Translations under genes and position numbers: made by a program
NCBI GenBank assembly: GCA_034189385.1
Contig: JAXHVD010000004.1
Span: 32,001-96,000, forward strand
Direction: 5' to 3'
Length of the DNA: 64,000 nt
From: Thermodesulfobacteriota bacterium
GTDB lineage: Bacteria; Desulfobacterota; Desulfobacteria; Desulfobacterales; C00003060
The notes under the pieces: generated by a model
What the model was told of the DNA's origin: nothing
Seen by the model: the letters and a program-made list of their open reading frames with translations, nothing else
Databases searched by the model: none
Shown here: positions 60,421-64,000 of the stretch, piece after piece
How positions within the stretch are numbered: position 1 is the first letter of the stretch
Layout of the letters: each line of letters begins with the position of its first letter

Positions 60421-61742
60421 GCTCTCGCCTCCTCTCCCTGCAGGATTCCTGGTGCAGTGAGCCGCTCTCCCTTTAGGACCTTGATGTTCTTAAAGAAGGT
60501 GGCGATCACCCATAGGGCGAATCCACCGATCACGACGAAGAAGGCCCAAACTCCGATAGTCGCCAAAAGGGCACCCGTCTCTTTAGATAGGGAAATGTAG
60601 CCCATATCCGCCAACTTGCCCGGCAAGGCAAAGGCGCGGTTGATAAAACCGGCTAAGATGGCCAAGGCATAAAAGCCGCGGATCATGATGCCTTTCACCA
60701 CTTTGGTGACCATGGCCCCGACCTGGATACCGACCAAGGACCCTAAAAGCATGCCCATGGCCAAGGTGTAGAAGATAAACCCGTAGATAGCGTATTGGCC
60801 TATGGCGGCATAGCTTGCCGTAAAGATGATCTGAAAGATGTCGGTTCCCACCGTGGTCATGGAGGAAACGCCCAGGACGTAGACAAAGATGGGAAAGGTC
60901 ACAAAGCCTCCGCCAACGCCCATAATGGCCGCCAGCAACCCCACCAGGAAACCGCTTAGGACGAGGAATAACCAGGAAATTCCGCGTCCACCAGGCACGA
61001 AGTCGTGATCGAATTTAATGGTAGGGGGAACCTTCAAGGACTGCAGCTTTCGAGGCAACGCCCCCATCTCAGCCCCTTCCTCTTTTCCACCATGGGCCCC
61101 TGTATCTGTTCCACTGGGTGCCTTCCTCGCCCTGAGGAAGTCCATCATGGCGTAGATGCCCAAGAACCCTAGCATGAGGACATAGACTGTGGTGATGAAC
61201 GCATCACTCAGTACGGGATTGATCTCGTAGATGACACGGTTAATGTGGCCGCCCACTGTGGCCCCTGTAATGGAGCCGATTAAGAAGACAACGGCCAAGC
61301 CCACACACACGTTTCCCAGCTTCCTGTGGATCACGCTTCCCATGATCGCCTTGGCAAAAATGTGAAACAGATCTGTACCCACCACCAAGATACCCTTGAT
61401 GCCCGCACTCATGAGGGCAGGCGTAATAATGAACCCGCCACCTGCGCCGATGCAGCCTGTGATCAGGCCGGCCATGGCGCCGATCAGGATGGATACGACA
61501 AAAATAAAGGTGCCGTAATAGGCTGGGCCGTAAGCCTTCTTGCCGCCCAACAAGTCCGGCAAGGCCCCGCCGATCTGATCAGCAAAGGCAATGCCCACGA
61601 TAAGTATGGGGGCAATCAACAAACCAAGTATGATCAGTCGCTTGCGGTCGCGAAGGATCCTGGTTGAATTGTCGATGTCCCACTGGGCAAAGGTCCTTGC
61701 CCCCATCATCATAAATTCACCCCATTGTCTGAAAAAATTCAT
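60417..61742 (-). CDS. sulfite exporter TauE/SafE (TSUP) family protein
   Basis: Two GxGGG repeats (GAGGGFI.TP, GVGGGF.TFP) each followed by VGTD; AGGAG RBS before ATG 61742. Confidence 0.88.
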   Translation of the reverse strand: MNFFRQWGEFMMMGARTFAQWDIDNSTRILRDRKRLIILGLLIAPILIVGIAFADQIGGALPDLLGGKKAYGPAYYGTFIFVVSILIGAMAGLITGCIGAGGGFIITPALMSAGIKGILVVGTDLFHIFAKAIMGSVIHRKLGNVCVGLAVVFLIGSITGATVGGHINRVIYEINPVLSDAFITTVYVLMLGFLGIYAMMDFLRARKAPSGTDTGAHGGKEEGAEMGALPRKLQSLKVPPTIKFDHDFVPGGRGISWLFLVLSGFLVGLLAAIMGVGGGFVTFPIFVYVLGVSSMTTVGTDIFQIIFTASYAAIGQYAIYGFIFYTLAMGMLLGSLVGIQVGAMVTKVVKGIMIRGFYALAILAGFINRAFALPGKLADMGYISLSKETGALLATIGVWAFFVVIGGFALWVIATFFKNIKVLKGERLTAPGILQGEEARA

Positions 61743-62129
61743 GGCAATGTCTCTCCTTTTCTTTAAAGTCTTTTTTTCTCTAAGGGCCTGCTCCTGTAGA
61801 AAATCGTTATCTCCCTGGCCGTCACGTGGATGTACACCCCCTTTCTGTCTCCGTTGTGGCGTTCTTTGTTTCTGAGAAACGGCATTGACTTCTTCCGGAA
61901 CCGTCACTCCCTGCCTCCTGTAAGGTCACATGCCCATCCCCTTTTCCTGAGGACCGCCTGGACCGTGATCATAATCAAGCCCCCGGCCCTGGATGATCAT
62001 TGGGCATTACTCAACGGCCTTTGTGATGCCGCGTGAGGAACCGATGCGGGCTTCAGCCCAAGCCCTACCCGAATTAGGATGATCGCTCAAACAGGAGGCC
62101 TCTTTGGCAACTGCGTTCTATCTTATTAG

Positions 62130-62146
62130 AGCAACGGGTGTGCCAA
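62130..62146 (-). promoter_or_regulatory. sigma-54 (-24/-12) promoter
   Basis: TTGGCACACCCGTTGCT on the minus strand, an exact TGGCAC-N5-TTGC match, pointing at the TSUP operon. Confidence 0.85.
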
Positions 62147-62571
62147 CAGGTAGGATCAGCAGGAAGGGAGATAACATGCTGGAAATACGAAAGATGTAAA
62201 AATGCCTCGCGTGGCGGTGCGTCTTCGGTCAAAGGTGCGTGTGTAGGGATTCTTTACAGATCGTAAAAGATGGAAGCCATCGGGGTGGCAAAAGACGTTC
62301 ATGGCAGTGCGGGGAAAGAGGAGGGGCCAGTCCAAAAAGAGCCAGAGTAACAAGGCTTCCAAGAGAAAAAACACCGTCACACTAGAAGGTTGCAAGCCCA
62401 CCTGTTTGTCTGGCTAGGGGCCATTAGCGAAGGGCCCAAAAAGGGGGAGCGCTGACGTCAGTTTTCCAGGGCCGTCACGACTGGTTTGGATTGACAAGAT
62501 TAAGAAAATCAAGGTATTGCGCGCACTCCTGAGTGGTCGAGACGAAATTGCGGAAAAGGGCCGGATGGACA

Positions 62572-63999
62572 CTAGCCAGAGTATGGCTCTTTTGCATAGA
62601 TCCAGCTATTGGTGCCGCCAGTAAGGGTCTTTACATCTTTGAACCCTTTCATCAAAAGCAACCGGTTTCCCACATAGGATCGCAACCCCACAGCGCAGTA
62701 CAAAATGGTCTCCTTGTCTGGGTCCAGTTCCTTTAGGCGGCCCCTGAGATCATCAATCGGGATATGAATGGCCCCTGGGATCAGACCTGTTTCCTTTACT
62801 TCCTCTTCCGTTCGCGTATCAATGAGTTGCAATGTCTCATTGCTTTGCAATTTTTGCTGCAATGCAGCGGGAGTAATGGGATTCCAATCTCCCACAGAGA
62901 AATTCTGGCCCAAAGCACCAGCCACAATCACCGGATCTCTTGCCGCAGAGTAAGGCGGGGCATAGGCTAGGTCGAGTTGTAACAGATCCTCCAACGTCAT
63001 CCCGTTGAAGACGGCTGTTGCCATGACATCGATGCGCTTGTCCACACCCTTTTCCCCAATGATTTGAGCTCCCAAAAGGCGACCACTCTCTTGATGGGCA
63101 ATGGACTTGATTTGAAGGTCCTTTGCCTCAGGATAATAGCCTGCACGGTCTCCGGCAACCACGTAGGTCACCAAAGGAGAAAAGCCCTCGGACACGGCTT
63201 GGGCCTCAGAGAGACCCGTTTTGGCCACGGCCAGGTCAAATACCTTCACGATAACGGTCCCCGTAAATCCTTTGACGGCGATCTGCCTTCCCATCGCATT
63301 CGCACCGGCCGCCCGGCCTTCCTTGTTGGCTGCCGATCCCATGGGCACCAGGGTGGGCTTGCCTGTCACCAGATTCATGCTCTCTACACAGTCACCAGCG
63401 GCAAAGATATTGGGATCGTTGGTTTGCATATATTCATTGACCTGAATTCCCCCATTGGGCCCGATGACCAAACCACAACCCTTGGCCAGTTCCGTCTTGG
63501 GCCGAACGCCCACGGCCATGATCACCAAGTCGGCGGAGAGCTCTTTGCCCTTCGTGGTTAGAACCTTGCCCCGCCCGTCTTTTTGCTCAATGGATGTCAC
63601 CCCTTCTGAGAGTATGAGTTCCACGTCCTTTCCGTTCAAATGTTGATGAACCACTTCTGCCATTTCCCTGTCCAAAAAGGTAAGGACCTGGGGCATAAAC
63701 TCTACAACTGAGACCTTAACATCCTTGTGGGCCAGGTTTTCAACGGCCTCCATGCCGATGAGTCCCCCTCCAACGACGACAGCCCTTTCTGGTTTTTTTT
63801 CTTTCAGGTGGTCGTAAATGCGGTCCGTATCCTGCAAGGTCTTCAAGGTAAACACAAAGGGCAGATCTACTCCAGGAATAGGGGGGGTAATGGCATCGGC
63901 ACCCGTTGCCAAAATCAGTCGGTCATAGGATTCCTCAAACATCTCCCCGGTGGTAAGGTTTTCTACTGTTACCTTCTGTTCAGCACGATCAATGGCAAG
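62572..63999 (-). CDS. CoA-disulfide reductase/NADH oxidase family protein with C-terminal rhodanese domain (5' truncated)
   Basis: YDRLILATG, GGGLIG.E, FAAGD, DLAYAPPY, rhodanese YCAVGLRS. Confidence 0.92.
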   Translation of the reverse strand, partial: LAIDRAEQKVTVENLTTGEMFEESYDRLILATGADAITPPIPGVDLPFVFTLKTLQDTDRIYDHLKEKKPERAVVVGGGLIGMEAVENLAHKDVKVSVVEFMPQVLTFLDREMAEVVHQHLNGKDVELILSEGVTSIEQKDGRGKVLTTKGKELSADLVIMAVGVRPKTELAKGCGLVIGPNGGIQVNEYMQTNDPNIFAAGDCVESMNLVTGKPTLVPMGSAANKEGRAAGANAMGRQIAVKGFTGTVIVKVFDLAVAKTGLSEAQAVSEGFSPLVTYVVAGDRAGYYPEAKDLQIKSIAHQESGRLLGAQIIGEKGVDKRIDVMATAVFNGMTLEDLLQLDLAYAPPYSAARDPVIVAGALGQNFSVGDWNPITPAALQQKLQSNETLQLIDTRTEEEVKETGLIPGAIHIPIDDLRGRLKELDPDKETILYCAVGLRSYVGNRLLLMKGFKDVKTLTGGTNSWIYAKEPYSG

Positions 64000-64000
64000 G

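Noticed and set aside
1..64000. CRISPR arrays, tRNA/rRNA, transposases, c-di-GMP or c-di-AMP riboswitches
   Set aside because: None recognised by eye; a covariance-model scan would be needed to exclude divergent RNAs

Overview
Bacterial chromosomal window, most consistent with an anaerobic Desulfobacterota (deltaproteobacterial) organism. This is inferred from the gene set: sigma-54 regulation, a selenocysteine formate dehydrogenase, many PAS kinases and typical small palindromic repeats. From left to right it holds: a sigma-54 activator and sigma-54 promoter ahead of a NifX-like gene, a receiver and an expanded Mrp-type antiporter cluster (E,F,G,DUF4040,B,C,D,D', two small membrane proteins, D''); a large two-component/phosphorelay island with duplicated PAS kinases; an orphan B12-type radical SAM enzyme; a DUF4397 lipoprotein; a DacA-YbbR fusion; glnS; queD-moaA-fdhE-fdhB-fdhA (Sec at codon 192 with a SECIS); aspS, hisS and trkH/trkA; PilZ proteins; a cobalamin riboswitch controlling a tandem-repeat surface-anchored protein; a DUF362/polyferredoxin module; a secreted protein resembling the Methanomicrobiales sheath-protein family; two decayed genes; ppnN; a sigma-54-driven TSUP operon; and a partial CoA-disulfide reductase-rhodanese. 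There are three MITE/REP-like elements. I saw no rRNA, tRNA, CRISPR array or transposase. The strongest novelty candidates are the B12-riboswitch-regulated repeat surface protein and the archaeal sheath-like protein. All family calls come from motif recognition; no database search was run.
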